64,000 nt of DNA from Harriotta raleighana (taxonomy: Eukaryota): NCBI GenBank assembly GCA_050575255.1, contig JBNZDD010013686.1, forward strand, positions 5,111,794 through 5,175,793. The letters run 5' to 3'. The notes beneath the pieces were generated by a model. That model was not told the DNA's origin. It searched no databases and worked only from the letters and a program-made list of their open reading frames with translations. Every line of letters starts with the position of its first letter. Within the stretch, counting starts at the first letter, position 1. The position numbers and the translations under genes are program-made. Below are positions 26,801 through 39,100 of this stretch, piece by piece.

Positions 26801-28173
26801 ACAGATTTATCATTTTCATTTCTTTTCCCCCCCCTTTGCATCATCAGAAATGCCTCCAGCAACAATAGCTGGAATCACCAGTGGCTTGGCTGTGGCTGTG
26901 TTAGGTGCAGTCTCCAGCTTTGTTGCTTATCAGAAGAAGCAGTTATGCTTCAAACTACAAGGTAGGTCTTTTTTTGATGTTATCGATAAAGTGACCAATG
27001 CTGCCATATGCAGTTGCTGTTGGCATTTGCAAAAAATGTTTCATGGCTTTCCTGTTCACTTTGTTTTGGAAGGGGGTCAGATGGTATCTGGCATTTGCAG
27101 AAACCCATCTCTATGTTTGGAGTTCCATGTGTGCGAAGCACAATTCAGCATAAAATGGCTTGAAGAAAAGCTGTTGTTACTAATACATAAAAGGCAGAGT
27201 AGCAGTAAAACAGCGTTCCAGCCAGAATAATTTAGCCAAAGAACAAAATTACATTTGTATAGTGCCTTTTACATCAGGAGGACATCCCAAACAATAGATC
27301 TGTCTATAGACATTAGCTAACATTTGGCAAAGCATTGTTCAGACTACACCTGGAACACTATGTTCAGTTTTGGTCACTGCGGCATAAAAATCTATCAACA
27401 TTCGAGGGTAAAACATACAGGAAAGAGCAACAAGACTGATCCTGAATATAACTGAAATGAGAGAAATGTAAACTTGGCAGAACTTTTACTGCTGTGAAAG
27501 AAGGTTGTTTGACATACAAAACTAGACTGCGTTGTAGATGAGATCCAGTGGGGCCTACCTAACATACATATGATTTTCTTAATAAGCAAATTACCTGCAC
27601 TGCATATATTATATCCTAAAGTATTAGATTGGATATTCTAAATATAAGCAGATGTAATGGTGGGAGAATTTAATGGACAAAATGAGATCTACTCCCATGA
27701 CTTCTGACTACAAATACACAAATGCAAACTTATCGAATGACTAAATTACAGTAGGAGCGCTCGAGTATTCTTCCCTTTTGTATTTTTATTCTACAGATTA
27801 TGTTAAAGGGGGCAACCTCCAATCAGAACCACCAGGTAAGTACCAATTAACAACCTCTTCGGAAACATAATGGGACGTCCCCCCGACGTGAAAGGAGCTC
27901 TATAAATGGAATTTGTTTTTTGTTATTGTTGTACTTATTTATTTGTATACTTCCACATCGGTTTATAGAGACTCATTTGAACTAAAATTGAAGAAAAAAA
28001 TGAATCTCAGCAAATCCATCGTCTCAAGTGAAATGTACCTCACTGTTTTAAAAAAAATACTTGGCATCTAGACCACCTGGCTAAACATAATGTTGAATTG
28101 CCAACACCTCAATTAATTTATGGTGTGGCCAAATAATTCATACTGTTTCATATTGCTTCCAGGAACTGTCTGA
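11801..28173 (+). CDS. CD99L2: CD99 antigen-like protein 2 (multi-exon gene, 5' partial: signal-peptide exon not found)
   Basis: Spliced exons 11801-11866, 15585-15620, 19709-19792, 21999-22073, 22941-22982, 24438-24515, 25646-25684, 26848-26961, 27797-27835, 28163-28173, all AG/GT and phase 1, give ..LGDNDYDWDLADGFDDVTPKRPLTTPGKPSSGTGDLSLWDFFPTTAHPGKKTTKSPKKPSPKIGADDFDLADALDDKNDKHNRGGKEEPSVPGSKGKGNGGASNFSDDDLDDLVNGGGYQPEKKKSGGNVPPDDPNSDQEMPPATIAGITSGLAVAVLGAVSSFVAYQKKQLCFKLQDYVKGGNLQSEPPGTV*. CD99-family acidic motifs and TM segment, a CD99L2-type DYVKG.NL tail, and tail-to-tail position with MTMR1 as in mammals. Confidence 0.88.
15025..15165 (+). mobile_element. SINE 3' fragment
   Basis: cagtcaattcactttacagtatattctgtgaagcgctttgagacgtc...(TTA)n. 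Confidence 0.82.
15585..15620 (+). CDS. CD99L2: CD99L2 exon (LTTPGKPSSGT)
   Basis: ttcttctctccacag acceptor, CAG|gtaagt donor, 36 nt, P/T/K-rich stalk. Confidence 0.75.
16022..16253 (+). mobile_element. SINE with partial tRNA head
   Basis: B-box-like GGTTCAATTAC, then body with internal deletions and (TTA)n tail. Confidence 0.8.
17095..17485 (+). mobile_element. Old DeuSINE (SacSINE1/AmnSINE-related) with an apparently complete Deu domain
   Basis: gcgtccttcggatgacactttaagcccaggtcttgtctgcctgtttgggtgggcgttaaagatcc...gctgtttgtgggacattgttgtgctcaaattggctgcc follows the Deu-domain consensus as I recall it. Confidence 0.75.
19709..19792 (+). CDS. CD99L2: CD99L2 exon (GDLSLWDFFPTTAHPGKKTTKSPKKPSP)
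   Basis: tttacatag acceptor, gtaagc donor, 84 nt; identical copy at 20973-21056. Confidence 0.8.
20973..21056 (+). CDS. CD99L2: Second identical copy of the 84-nt CD99L2 exon, inside a probable assembly duplication
   Basis: Exact copy of 19709-19792 at offset 1264, within a block that starts right after the single N at 20717. Confidence 0.4.
21999..22073 (+). CDS. CD99L2: CD99L2 exon (IGADDFDLADALDDKNDKHNRGGK)
   Basis: ttctgcag acceptor, AAG|gtaaga donor, CD99-family DFDLADAL motif. Confidence 0.9.
22941..22982 (+). CDS. CD99L2: CD99L2 exon (EPSVPGSKGKGNG)
   Basis: ctgtccgacag acceptor, GAG|gtaaca donor, 42 nt, phase 1-1. Confidence 0.72.
24438..24515 (+). CDS. CD99L2: CD99L2 exon (GASNFSDDDLDDLVNGGGYQPEKKKS)
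   Basis: ctctctgtag acceptor, CAG|gtgagc donor; matches the CD99L2 FSD.DL.D.V.GG.Y.P.K motif. Confidence 0.9.
24860..25035 (+). mobile_element. 5'-truncated SINE
   Basis: Body and tail match the family. Confidence 0.82.
25189..25498 (-). mobile_element. Full-length SINE
   Basis: Minus strand GGAGTCCTATAGCCCAGTGGTTAGAGCACTTGCCTTACAAGTGAGAGACCTGGGTTCAATTCC: A/B boxes and a tRNA-like loop with TAC in the anticodon position, then body and (TTA)n. Confidence 0.9.
25646..25684 (+). CDS. CD99L2: CD99L2 exon (GGNVPPDDPNSDQ)
   Basis: tttgtctctag acceptor, AGG|gtaagt donor, 39 nt. Confidence 0.8.
26848..26961 (+). CDS. CD99L2: CD99L2 transmembrane exon
   Basis: MPPATIAGITSGLAVAVLGAVSSFVAYQKKQLCFKLQ; C-rich pyrimidine tract, AAG|gtaggt donor. 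Confidence 0.93.
27325..27710 (+). mobile_element. Old CR1 LINE 3' fragment
   Basis: KALFRLHLEHYVQFWS...RATRLI matches CR1 ALVRPHLEYCVQFWS...RATRLI. Confidence 0.7.
27797..27835 (+). CDS. CD99L2: CD99L2 cytoplasmic exon (DYVKGGNLQSEPP)
   Basis: ttctacag acceptor, CAG|gtaagt donor; resembles mammalian CD99L2 ADYVKGENL. Confidence 0.87.
28163..28173 (+). CDS. CD99L2: CD99L2 terminal coding exon (GTV-stop)
   Basis: attgcttccag acceptor, then GA ACT GTC TGA; followed by pyrimidine-rich UTR-like sequence. Confidence 0.62.
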
Positions 28174-28792
28174 GAACTTCTCATTCGGGTTGTGAGGACT
28201 TTCTTCATTCACAATGAAACCATCTCCAAATCCTTCCTGATCACCTTCAACTTTTGGACTTCTTTTCACTTTCTTGCTTTCTTTGTTCGAGTCTTATTTT
28301 CATCTTTTTTCGTCTTCTCCATCTTCAATCATCGAATTTGTGAGTTTGTTGACATTGCACAGCAAGTTCCTGACACTACCTTGAGCAACCAGTTGCCTTT
28401 ATTCTGTAAGCATTTACACTGTCTCCTCTTGTCAATCTCTAGGCATCACCCTCCCCTTCTACCCCCTCCCCCCATACACCATGCATGTCATATTAAGCTA
28501 TGTTAACTGCTTTCTAGATTTAAGTGATTTACTGTCAAGAGGTTTGTTTTTACCGCCTTTCCACAGCATTTATCACTCGAAATGGCACTTCATTTCATCA
28601 ACAGCTTTTTCTTTCAAGTCCCTTTCCACCTCTCAGTCTTAAGTGGTTGTGGCCATTCAGCCAAGAGCTGGAAAGCTCACAACCTTGGAGAGAAAATGTT
28701 TAGGTGGGGCTGGGAGAAAGAAATGCTTGAGAATAAACAAAGCATGCCCATCAATCACAGAATTCCCCAGAAATGGATCTCCAAAGGCTTGA

Positions 28793-28902
28793 GAATAATA
28801 GTAATACTTACTTTTGATAGAGAGCCTTTTCACGTCTAGACATCTCAAAGCACTTCACAGATTATGCTATAAAGTGAATTGACTGTATATTTGTGGGCAA
28901 AT
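28793..28902 (-). mobile_element. SINE 3' fragment in the putative CD99L2 3' UTR
   Basis: Reverse complement of the SINE tail. Confidence 0.75.
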
Positions 28903-31900
28903 GTTTAGATTAATAGGTGAATGTTGGCTTGCCAACCGGATATGCACTTTTGCTATCCACAGATCTTGATATCAGTTAAATGGACACATATATACTCAAA
29001 TAATAGCTACAGGTTGAATGGGTGCAATTTTCCAATAGGGAAAATATGTTTTGAAGAAAACATTTATAACAGAGAATAGAGAATAGATTTCTGCACCAGT
29101 AACATAGGATGAAGCCAAGCACTAAAGCAAAACACTTCCACACATGTGGCTTGAAGCTTATTTTTGGCCTTGTTGAGGGGGGTGAATTCAACCTGATTTA
29201 CTGTCCACTTAATATAGATCCCAAATAATCCTTAAACAAGTTTGTAGTGGCTCAGCTGGTTTAAACAGGAAATGATTCTGATCCGATAAGCAGGCAGAAT
29301 TTTCATTGGAGGCAAATGTGTCAACAATTGCAGTGTGAGTGTACCAGAGCTTTACAGGGCTGTTTCGCCAATCAGAGCAATTTCAATCAGGCTCCAATAA
29401 AGTATAATGTCAGCAAGTCTTGGGTTAAGATTATGAAGTGGAAAGAAACAAACTGAAGAGTTTTGGGCTGAGATCCAGTTCTGTGTCCCGGATATGGTAC
29501 GGGCATGTCGGGGGCTCTGTGACAGAAAATGATGGCTCTGTTTTTATTCTTGAAACGTAAACTGCTTCTTTCATTCAATGTGGTGGCTGACTGGTTTAAA
29601 ATGTTTGTTTTTCTTTGCCATGCTCACTCACTCCGATGGTTTCGTTGATCCTTCCTGCAGCCGAAGGGAACCTCCTACAGACACAGTCAGCACAGCCACC
29701 AGCAGACAGTGCCATTCAAGTCTAGCTCATGCTGTAAACGGCAGCTTTCGCCTTGAATCTAACTTGCTTGTAACGCTGTTCTGCTTTACAAAAAAAAAAG
29801 CGATGTTTACGGGGAATGTACATTAAAAACTTAATTCGCATTTTTATGTTACAGAAGACAAGCCACAATTTAATAGTTCAGTTTGTGTAAGTTTTACACT
29901 CAAAAGTATGTCATAGAAGAAAGCTTTCAATGCCAGAAACTGCTGATTGAACAGAGCATTAGTTTAGATTTTCCAGTGTAAAGAAATGAAGGAAACAGTT
30001 GGATCGATTTGAGTTAAGGATGTAGCATCATTATGGTAATAGTCCAGGAGTGATGGGATTCTGTTGGATCCATCAGTGATGGTGGCAGGTTTGCATGTCG
30101 AATAAGACACTTTATATATAGATTCAAAATGGTAGTCACAATTGCAACTGCCGTTGCCAATTCTTTATCTTTGTTATCGTACAATGCAAATAAAATATGC
30201 ATGATAACAAACAGCTATTGCAGCACCAACTCTTTCGCCCCATCTCAGCGCACAAGTGCAATATTCAAACTGATTTGTTGCAGAAACGTATTCTGGCTTG
30301 CTAAGAAGGAATTGACATCCCCAATAGGTCCAAAGCCCGTTGACATCTGTTCAAATGTTCCAACTGTAAAACCTAAATCTGCCACGATTAGGTCAAGGTA
30401 GAGCTTTAAAGGAAGTTGGAAATTTAGTTAGCATGCTTCATCGTAGTCTGCTAACTTCCACAAATAACTACTGGCTGACGAACGCACGAAAACCTCTTCA
30501 CACAGGATAAGTAGTTCTTGAGGAACCTGTGCTGAATGCAGCTTCCTTGCAGCATTTTAATCATTCAGTGTTTTACACCACACAAAAAAAAAGTTCAGAG
30601 TTAAGGTTTCCTGTGGTTCAGTACTTCCTATTTGCCTTAATAACCTAATGTATTTTCACGTCCTAAAGGGCATAAACCATTAAACTTTCAGCAAAATAAT
30701 GATACAGTACTCGAATCTTAAAATTATGGTGATACTATAATTACTTTTACAAAACCTACCCACAAAACCGAACCTTATAATTTCAATATAACTGAAAATT
30801 GGTGATACTATAATTTTATTTTTTAAGAAACATGCGATCGTTCCTCATATAAATTCTTCTAGCCGCAGCCTCTCGTTAATTGGGTCATGCAGCTTTAAAG
30901 CTAAAAACTAAAATGATTCTGCTTCCCAAATACAGTATTTGCTGTCAAGATATTGCAAATTGCACGTTTGGGTTAAGGAACAATATGCTGAGATGCTTGC
31001 TGCTTGTGGCTTCATAACAGTTAGGAGCCAGCATCAGTCATGTCAGCATAAATTCTTTAAACGCTCCAGGCAATCTCTAAACAATTCAAATATTGTAGAG
31101 TTAAACTGAAGCCCTCCTTCCTCCTTCTTCCTGATTAAAACCCTTTGAGCTAATGTTTGCAAGATGCCAGCTGGTGACTGCCACCACCCCATGCTGCCCA
31201 CTCCATTCCATGCCCACATCACAAAGCTGGGTATCATAGAAACACAGGCGTTTTCTACACAGAAGGATGCCGTGCCAGAACAAGAACAAAAGAATTGAAG
31301 AGCGGAAGAAATCTTATGACCCAGCTCAGTAGGAACCACCGCACGCACACAACACATTTTATGCCTATAAAATTAATTCACTATTTTCTTTAAACTATAT
31401 TTAGGGAGTTGTAGATGGATACAAGTCTGAGCTTTTCAAAAAGCATTTAAAAAGCCAGTAACTTATCACTAACAGCACTAGCACCATACAGTATTTCCCT
31501 TTTAGCAACAATCTACAACAGCGTATGAATAATACTCACCTTTCTGTCTGCAGCAATGATGTACAATTCATGAACAAATAAATAAGATGTAATATATAAT
31601 CAGTAACGTCCTTTAAATTTAGAGTCACTTATTAATTAAGTTAAATCGGTTTAATCTTTTAATTTTATTGCTCCAATGCTATGTCTGTCAGGTGGCAGAC
31701 ACCCTGTGAGCCAGATCTTGTGCTTTGTTGGCAACCCACACAAAGCACGCTTAATAAGTGAACATCACAATATGGCCGCAGAGCAGTGAGAAACTGCCAG
31801 CTCACAGGGAATGCTGTGGGTGAACACTCACAAAGAATTATCAGTTTTAATGCACATTCTCTTTATATAATATAAAGTGTTATGTTGCCAGTGCCAAAAG

Positions 31901-33461
31901 ATTGTATTTGAAAGAGCAAAAGACCACGATTTCTGATAAGTCAACAGATCAGCTTCTTGATAAATAAATATCACAACCAGAGCACAAAAGTTTTGAGGGC
32001 AACCTAATCTCAGTAGAGAGGGTATTTTAAAGAAAATACTCACTCATACCTATGTTTAATTACTGTGATATTTCTCCCTTCTTCCTCATTATGTCCAGTG
32101 GGACAAAGGAAATGACTATAAATATACAATCAATAGATGTGCGAGGGGGAACTGGAAGTAATGCTACAGTACAATGTATCAAGTGTCATCGTCATTCCCC
32201 CCCCACCATCCCTCCCACCGACAGAAAGAGGCCAGTGTGCGTGAAGGGATTTGTTCTGTTTACTTACACAAATCTGCCCATGGAGTACTACAGAGTCCTA
32301 AGACCGTAGTAAAGTGCAAAAAGAGTAGCTGTTTCTGGTAAATTACTGCACATGTACAGCTCAATTCTTCACTTGGAGAAAATGGTTAAGAAATCAGAAT
32401 TAAAGAGGAGTTAAAATCATTTTACAGCTTTTCTACTTGCCTTTTCTACCCTTGAGGGTTTAATATAATTTTGCAATGTTATTTGAAGACTTCTTAAGGC
32501 TGTTGTGTAACATGCTGCTCAAGCACTCACTCTGCACAGGAAAGAGACCTGAAGATATACGCACACACACACACTGCAGCTGTTATAAAGGATAAATTAA
32601 TAATTCACCAAAGGGATGGGGAACCAATCAAGTATTACCAAGATAAATAAAATAATGTAACTAATAACCCACCAAAGTCTAGTGGGCATTTGTATGTCAA
32701 AAATAGAAATGGTATTTGGGAAAGTTATTAAAATCTTACTGAATAGTAATTATTTGAGAAACTGCAAAAGAAAAATCAGTATTCAAACAGTCAAAAAACC
32801 TTTACAGATTATATTTTCAACCATGTAACTTGACTGCCCAATTAGTTGGGCTACCCTTTCTGATATATAAACCCCAGTTAAATGTTATTTAGTTTTGTTT
32901 TAAATTTCCTTCTGAAAAGTCTTGGTGAAATTTTCTCACTCTTCCAGTTTGAACCTGAAGAACATAGGTGGTGTAAGGTAAGGTATACATGTAGTATTGA
33001 ACAGATGGTAAAGGAATGAATAGAAGAGAACAGTTTTAGTGGTTCATTAAGTGGACTGGTGCAAGCAAGGTCAACAGGGAACCCAAACCCCTGCAACTCA
33101 CATCTCAATCATCTTCTTGGATCTATCTAAAACAGAAGTCATTTTCGTCAGTTTTGGTCATGATTGGATGAGTTGATAACACTAGGACAGTCAAATTCGT
33201 CTTGGACTACAAAACAAATGGCAAATGTCACCAGAGGTACAAATGACTCACTAAATTATCAAACGTCTCATGTGGAATCCCACAACAAAATAACTTTCAT
33301 AAAACGTAGCTTGATGAAGTACCTTGTGCATAAGAATGTAAGAATATAATTGTCACACGATTGTCTGATAAATGTCTAGCTCACTCAGCTACCTGAACAC
33401 AAGAAAAAAAATTGTACTGCAATTTAAAACTTGAAATCTGTGAATAAATATGTTTTGACTG

Positions 33462-33467
33462 TTTATT
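33462..33467 (-). terminator. Candidate polyadenylation signal for MTMR1 (about 2.6 kb 3' UTR)
   Basis: AATAAA on the minus strand followed by a U/GU-rich tract; other candidates at 31664, 30815 and 29543. Confidence 0.4.
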
Positions 33468-36027
33468 GAATCTTTGTCACAGGCTAATGCAACAGCAGTA
33501 CAGACAAAAGCCCCCAAAAGAAAAACAGTATTATATCCATCCTTTCAGAAGTCAATGTCACATAACAGATAACAGTCACATAACAGCATGATTAGATTTT
33601 GGATGGTGTGAAATACTGAACACAGAAAGTCTTCTAAAACCCCAGATGTAATATGACTTTCCCTCCCCCATATTATTTACTAAAATCATCACAATCTTTG
33701 ACTTTGTACCTCAGATATTTAACATTAGAATGTACCCAAGCATTCAATAAATATGACACTTGTATATAAAGGGGAAGTCTCTCATTTCGTTTTGTATCAT
33801 TTTGTTTTCTATTTTATAGAAAAAGATATTTGGCTCAACCATTTGTTGAGAATGCAATTTATGCAACTATTTGTTGAGAACAAGTAACTTGTGTTTTGGT
33901 GAAGGAATTTGTGGAATATAAATCATTTAAAATAGAATGCATACTTCAAATGCATTGCTGTGAGGTTAACACCACAAGTACCCAAAAGTTCAACCTAAGT
34001 GCAATTTTAAATATTTGGACTTCAAAAATGCATCCCTGGTTTGTTTGTAACTTGTTACATAACCTGTAATATATTAAAGTGTTTTTTTGTATGTACCATA
34101 CAACCATTAACCGTTTGCAATAACACTGGCAGTGAGTTCACTAGTTTCTTTTGACACTAAAGGTAGGCTGAAAAGCTATGTTGCAGGAGAGAAGGGTGAA
34201 AACACTTTACAAGCTCAGAATTGCTTACAGGATAAGCCTTAATCACTGCAGCCTGAATCAGTCCAGTAACAATTTTAACAGAATATCTATACAATATAAG
34301 GTTGGTTAAGCTTCAGGATTTCAGCTTGTGGCGAATTCAAATCATTGACTTTGAATGGTTGATATTTGTTCAACTCACATTTGGAGCAAAGGAAACTTGC
34401 AGCACCAGAAACCAGAAGTATGGATTGACACTAGGCTTTGGACCATTCAAACCCAAAGTTCAGATACTTCTAAATACAAAGTGGATAAGTCCATAGACGT
34501 GACTATCGCTGTATTGATATATTGAACAGTTGGCCCTTTTAGCAAGTGCTTACTAATATTCTCAAATCATTCCATCAGAAAGGGATGGGCAAGCTTTGGG
34601 TACCTGGTTAAATCAACAATTACTATAGGATTTGGCCTCTGGTCAAAGGTTAACTCTTTGAGTACTGAAAGACATAGCTTTCTAAATACACACATGTAAG
34701 ACGTTTAGAAAAATAATGGTTTACACTTTATATCTGTAAATTGTAAAAGAATTGGTCAAATTCTACACAGTAATAGTTTTTTTTAAAAAAACATTCATTA
34801 TTCAAAATTCATTATTCAAACAAAATAGTGGTCAATAAACCTTTCACAGAAATTCTGAACTAGTTTTGCAAAGGGTTGGTGCTAAGGATCCTTGTTCACC
34901 CTCTAAGGAACTGAAAGGCCTTGCTTAGTTCCAAGAAGCATATACTATATTTTGTGTTCTATGATGTCTCCAAACATTTTTTCCGAATTCAAAACCCTGA
35001 TTATTACACAAAAGGGTCCAACGCTTCTGGTGTTGCAACAATTCAGAACAATTTGACAAATTGAATAGGTTGGCTTTTCTTTTTTTGTTTTGACATTTAA
35101 ATCCTTCCTCAGTACTCAAAGAGTTATACAGTGTAAAAAACCCAGAAGTGAAAACTTCACTGAACAAGAATAATACAACCAGAATTGGAAGACACGATTT
35201 TTAAAAAAAAATCTGCTTTCTACTTACGATAAATCAAATTCTCCCAGCAACATGTTAAGTTTTACATTGCAGCTCATGTGTCTGGGATTCATCTTCTTCA
35301 AATTTTGATGACTAAATATCTCTTACGCATATGAATGCACATCCACCCAAGCATTAAAAATAACTTCTTTTAGAAGCTTCCGTAAAACATCTAAAACTCA
35401 TTTTGTAATGGTGGGATTAATGGAGTTATAAATTTGCATGGAACAAGTACAGCCATGTAAATAAGGCCTATGAAAAATAAAACAGGATTCACCATAAGGA
35501 CAGAAGCTAAAATATTATTAATATAGATTTTCCCTTTTTTCAAAAAAAACACAATTTACTGGTGATATGCCTGACTGATGACATTGACATACCGCTACCC
35601 TCCAACATTTAGATGTATGTCGTGTATGTGGAAGAAATTCAGCAGTTCATGGCTTAGGTGCAAACCATCTGGTCCAGTCCAAAGCACACTGGATCTGGGC
35701 CCCCCTCCTGTGTCAGGCTTTTCTATCAGAGATCTGTGCGTCCTATCAGCCAATTCATGGAGTGTCAATGTCACACACTGTGCAAATTTGTAACGTTCTC
35801 CTCAATCTTGTGTTTGTACTGCACTGTGGATTTCCACACCGGAAAGAAGTGGCTACAAAAACAGATGGGAATCCACAAGCAGCGTTCCGCTAAAACCAAA
35901 AGTACAGAGAAGTATTGCACAAAAATTATCAAAAGGTAAACATATTTACAGCTCTCAAGTTCGTGTGACAGTCTTGGCGGTTGTACCTGTGGTGAAATGG
36001 TATCAACAGACCACGGAAGGGGGAGTT

Positions 36028-36192
36028 TCAGACAGTAGTTTGTACAGGAGCCACTGAATGGGCAGGTGAGGATGCACTTTCAGAGGAAGATGAAAATGCC
36101 ACATTGCTGATCTCACGCTGTAGCTCCTCCACTTTCTTCTGAAGTTCAATCCGGATGCTAAGCAACTCCTTGCAATTTTGATGAATTGGCAC
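36028..36192 (-). CDS. MTMR1: MTMR1 exon 15 coding part (coiled coil, PDZ-binding C-terminus)
   Basis: [57 protein letters not shown]. Confidence 0.95.
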   Translation of the reverse strand: MPIHQNCKELLSIRIELQKKVEELQREISNVAFSSSSESASSPAHSVAPVQTTV

Positions 36193-39100
36193 CTAAATTT
36201 GGGGGAAAAAATACAATTATTTTGAGAATACATCTAAAGCAGTATCATAAATACCTCACCACTGTTTGGGTCCTTGATAAATAAAATTGACCCATCATTT
36301 AAACATTATTCTTACTTGTTTATCAATAAGGTTCAATTATTCAGCAGGGGCATTTAAAAGGTTCACCCTATGATTGTCATTTGAAGAAAAAATTTCAAAT
36401 TTCAAATCTTTAATTGCCAAGTTCTAACACCAAAGTGCCTGAGAAAAATATATTGCACATTTTGCAAGTTCATTTCTCAAAGCTTTGAAATGTGATCAAT
36501 TAAGAGCAAAAAGGGAGAGTTTGTCTAATGAGTCTCCACTCTATATAGACTGACTTGTCGCCTGTGTCTTCACCAAAGATTCATGAAAATAAAAATCACT
36601 TCCTCAAAGTTTGCCTCACTTAAAACTACAGCCACAGATTTGGATTGCAGAGTAGAATGCACTTAAGAGTCAAAATCATATCAACACCACTCTCACGACT
36701 CCAATTATTTACTGTACAGTACTTTCAGCAAGCCAACAGTGCTCATTATATCCACAACCAAACTGCTCGATTGCCATAACCTATTGGGTTCAATTACCAA
36801 AGGACTAAATTCAGAAGTAATTCATTCAATCCATTTGGCTAAGTATATTAATAAGTACAAATCAGCAGAATTTTAATTACATGTAAGATACGTTCATGCT
36901 GCTTCAGTGAGGGGAATCAGTATTTTTCCTTTAAGATACTCAGCATGGTTCATTGTAAATATACAAGTTTTAAAATTTATAATATTTAAAATGAGTGAGA
37001 AAGGGGTTGGAGTTGTTTGAATAGCCCGATGATTTGGAAATGCCTATACTTCTGTAATAAACTCTCAACATCCCCTAAAGTGTATCACTGTATTAGAAAT
37101 CAATCAAAACACAAAGCTTGAGATTTCAAGCACCACTCAATTGCTGTGACCCGTTTTTCACACAGATCTACTCAGGTGGGGGTTGAACAGCAACACAATG
37201 CTAGATTCCCTTTTAGTAGTGAAATTATTAGGCCATGCAAGGACATCACAAGTCAACCCTCCAATTTACCCTCATATTTGGCAGCACCCCGTATGGATTA
37301 GATGGTAATTGTGAGCTTACTGTATGGGAGATTGCTTCTATGAGCATCAGGTCTGTGGTACAATAACTAAATTTGCTGTGGTGCTTGTGGACTACTTTTC
37401 TCCATTACTAAACATCGATAAAATGCTACTGTTGTGAGGCATTCTGTAAAGGAAATGCACTGAAGATTCTGTCTCTTTGGGTTGAGGTTGTGCAGCTGTT
37501 AAAATGCATCCCAAATGTTTGAATTGTTTGCTTCCAGTGCACACTCACAAAGCATTGAACGATTCACAAACCAACATTCAAATTACTAAAGACATGTACA
37601 GTGTATTTCCATGTACTTAATAGAATCAATGCTTATGCATAAAAACTTGGCCTTCACTAAACTAAAAATAGTCATTTCAAACAGTTAGCATCGGAATTTT
37701 CTTTAAGATTCATGGTGAAGAAGTACAATACTAGAATGATTTTTTTAATATAAAAATACACCCAAATACATTAGAATTTAGGCTACTCATAAGTACAAAG
37801 AAAACAATTGATCTCTTCACATTTTCTTTTCAGTGTCTTATTGCTAGGCAAAAAAAACAACTTTTTTTTTGTAGGATTAGGCTCCAAACCCTATCAATAC
37901 CAGACAAAGGATCCACTATAGTTTGATTCCCTATTTGCAGCAGAAGTGTTTTGTGGCATGCAACTATGGAAAAAAAGAGATGGAATTAATCGAGTCTGGA
38001 TGTCTTGGTACAGTAATTAGCTTTTCACAAGCACATTGGCTCTGCTGCACCCTGCAATGTTGGCTCCACAGAGGTACTTTAATGATTGTATCAATTTTAG
38101 ATTCAAAGGAGGTTCATTAAATACGTAGAGAAGGAAAAATGCAAATAAACAGAATTTTTATTTATTGATCACTATTTTTATTTATTATTATTTATACACA
38201 CAGCTAAAGTGTTAGAAAATTATAACACCTACAGCTCAAATGTGGATTGAATCAATGCTTCTTGTACTTGAAAACAAACATTATACTTCAATTGCAGAGG
38301 GAGGCATGCACAAAAATACTATGTACACTGACTGCTAACTTTTTATTTATGTATGGGAGGGACCCTCCAACATAAACCCAAATTGTTACCAAGAGTTGTC
38401 TCACACATACCATGCATTTGAATGACTAGAAAAAAATGGCAGAAAAATCTTATAAATATAAACTTTGCAGAATAATCAACATTCAACATCTCTTTAAATT
38501 AACTCGCTCCAGACAGCATGTCAGGCAGAATTTCATATTATGGCTCTCAGCATCACTGTGTTTTTGCCACACACACTAAAACTGCATATTAGATCATTAT
38601 ATAAAGAAACTGATTTAATTGTCCTCATTCTTTAGGAGGGAACAGGGATTATTTCCACAAAGCTCCTGTTAACTCAGCAAGTGAAAACCGTAACAGGTAG
38701 GGTGATCCTAGCTTAACAAGCGGTGGAAAACTAGCCAGACGCTGCTCTCAATGGCAAGCTATGTTGTTTAATCAATCAATCAAAATTACATTTATATTGC
38801 GCCTTTCACGTCGGGAGGACGTCCCAAGGCTCTGTACAGTCAAGTAGGGATCAGAACAGGGGAGGAAGGATCGGGGGAAGGAAATAGGAAAAATTTACCG
38901 TATATTTGTGGGCGAAACCCGGTAGCCAAATTGCGCACAGCAGTGTCCCACAGTCATGGAAGTGGGGTTAGGGGAGAAAGAGGGGAAAGATGGCAATATG
39001 GAAATATATCTATTATAATTAATCTGGAAATATATTGCAACGGTCAGAGAAAATGTATATCAGATCAAGTATAAATAAGGCCAACCCTCCAACCCTGTGG

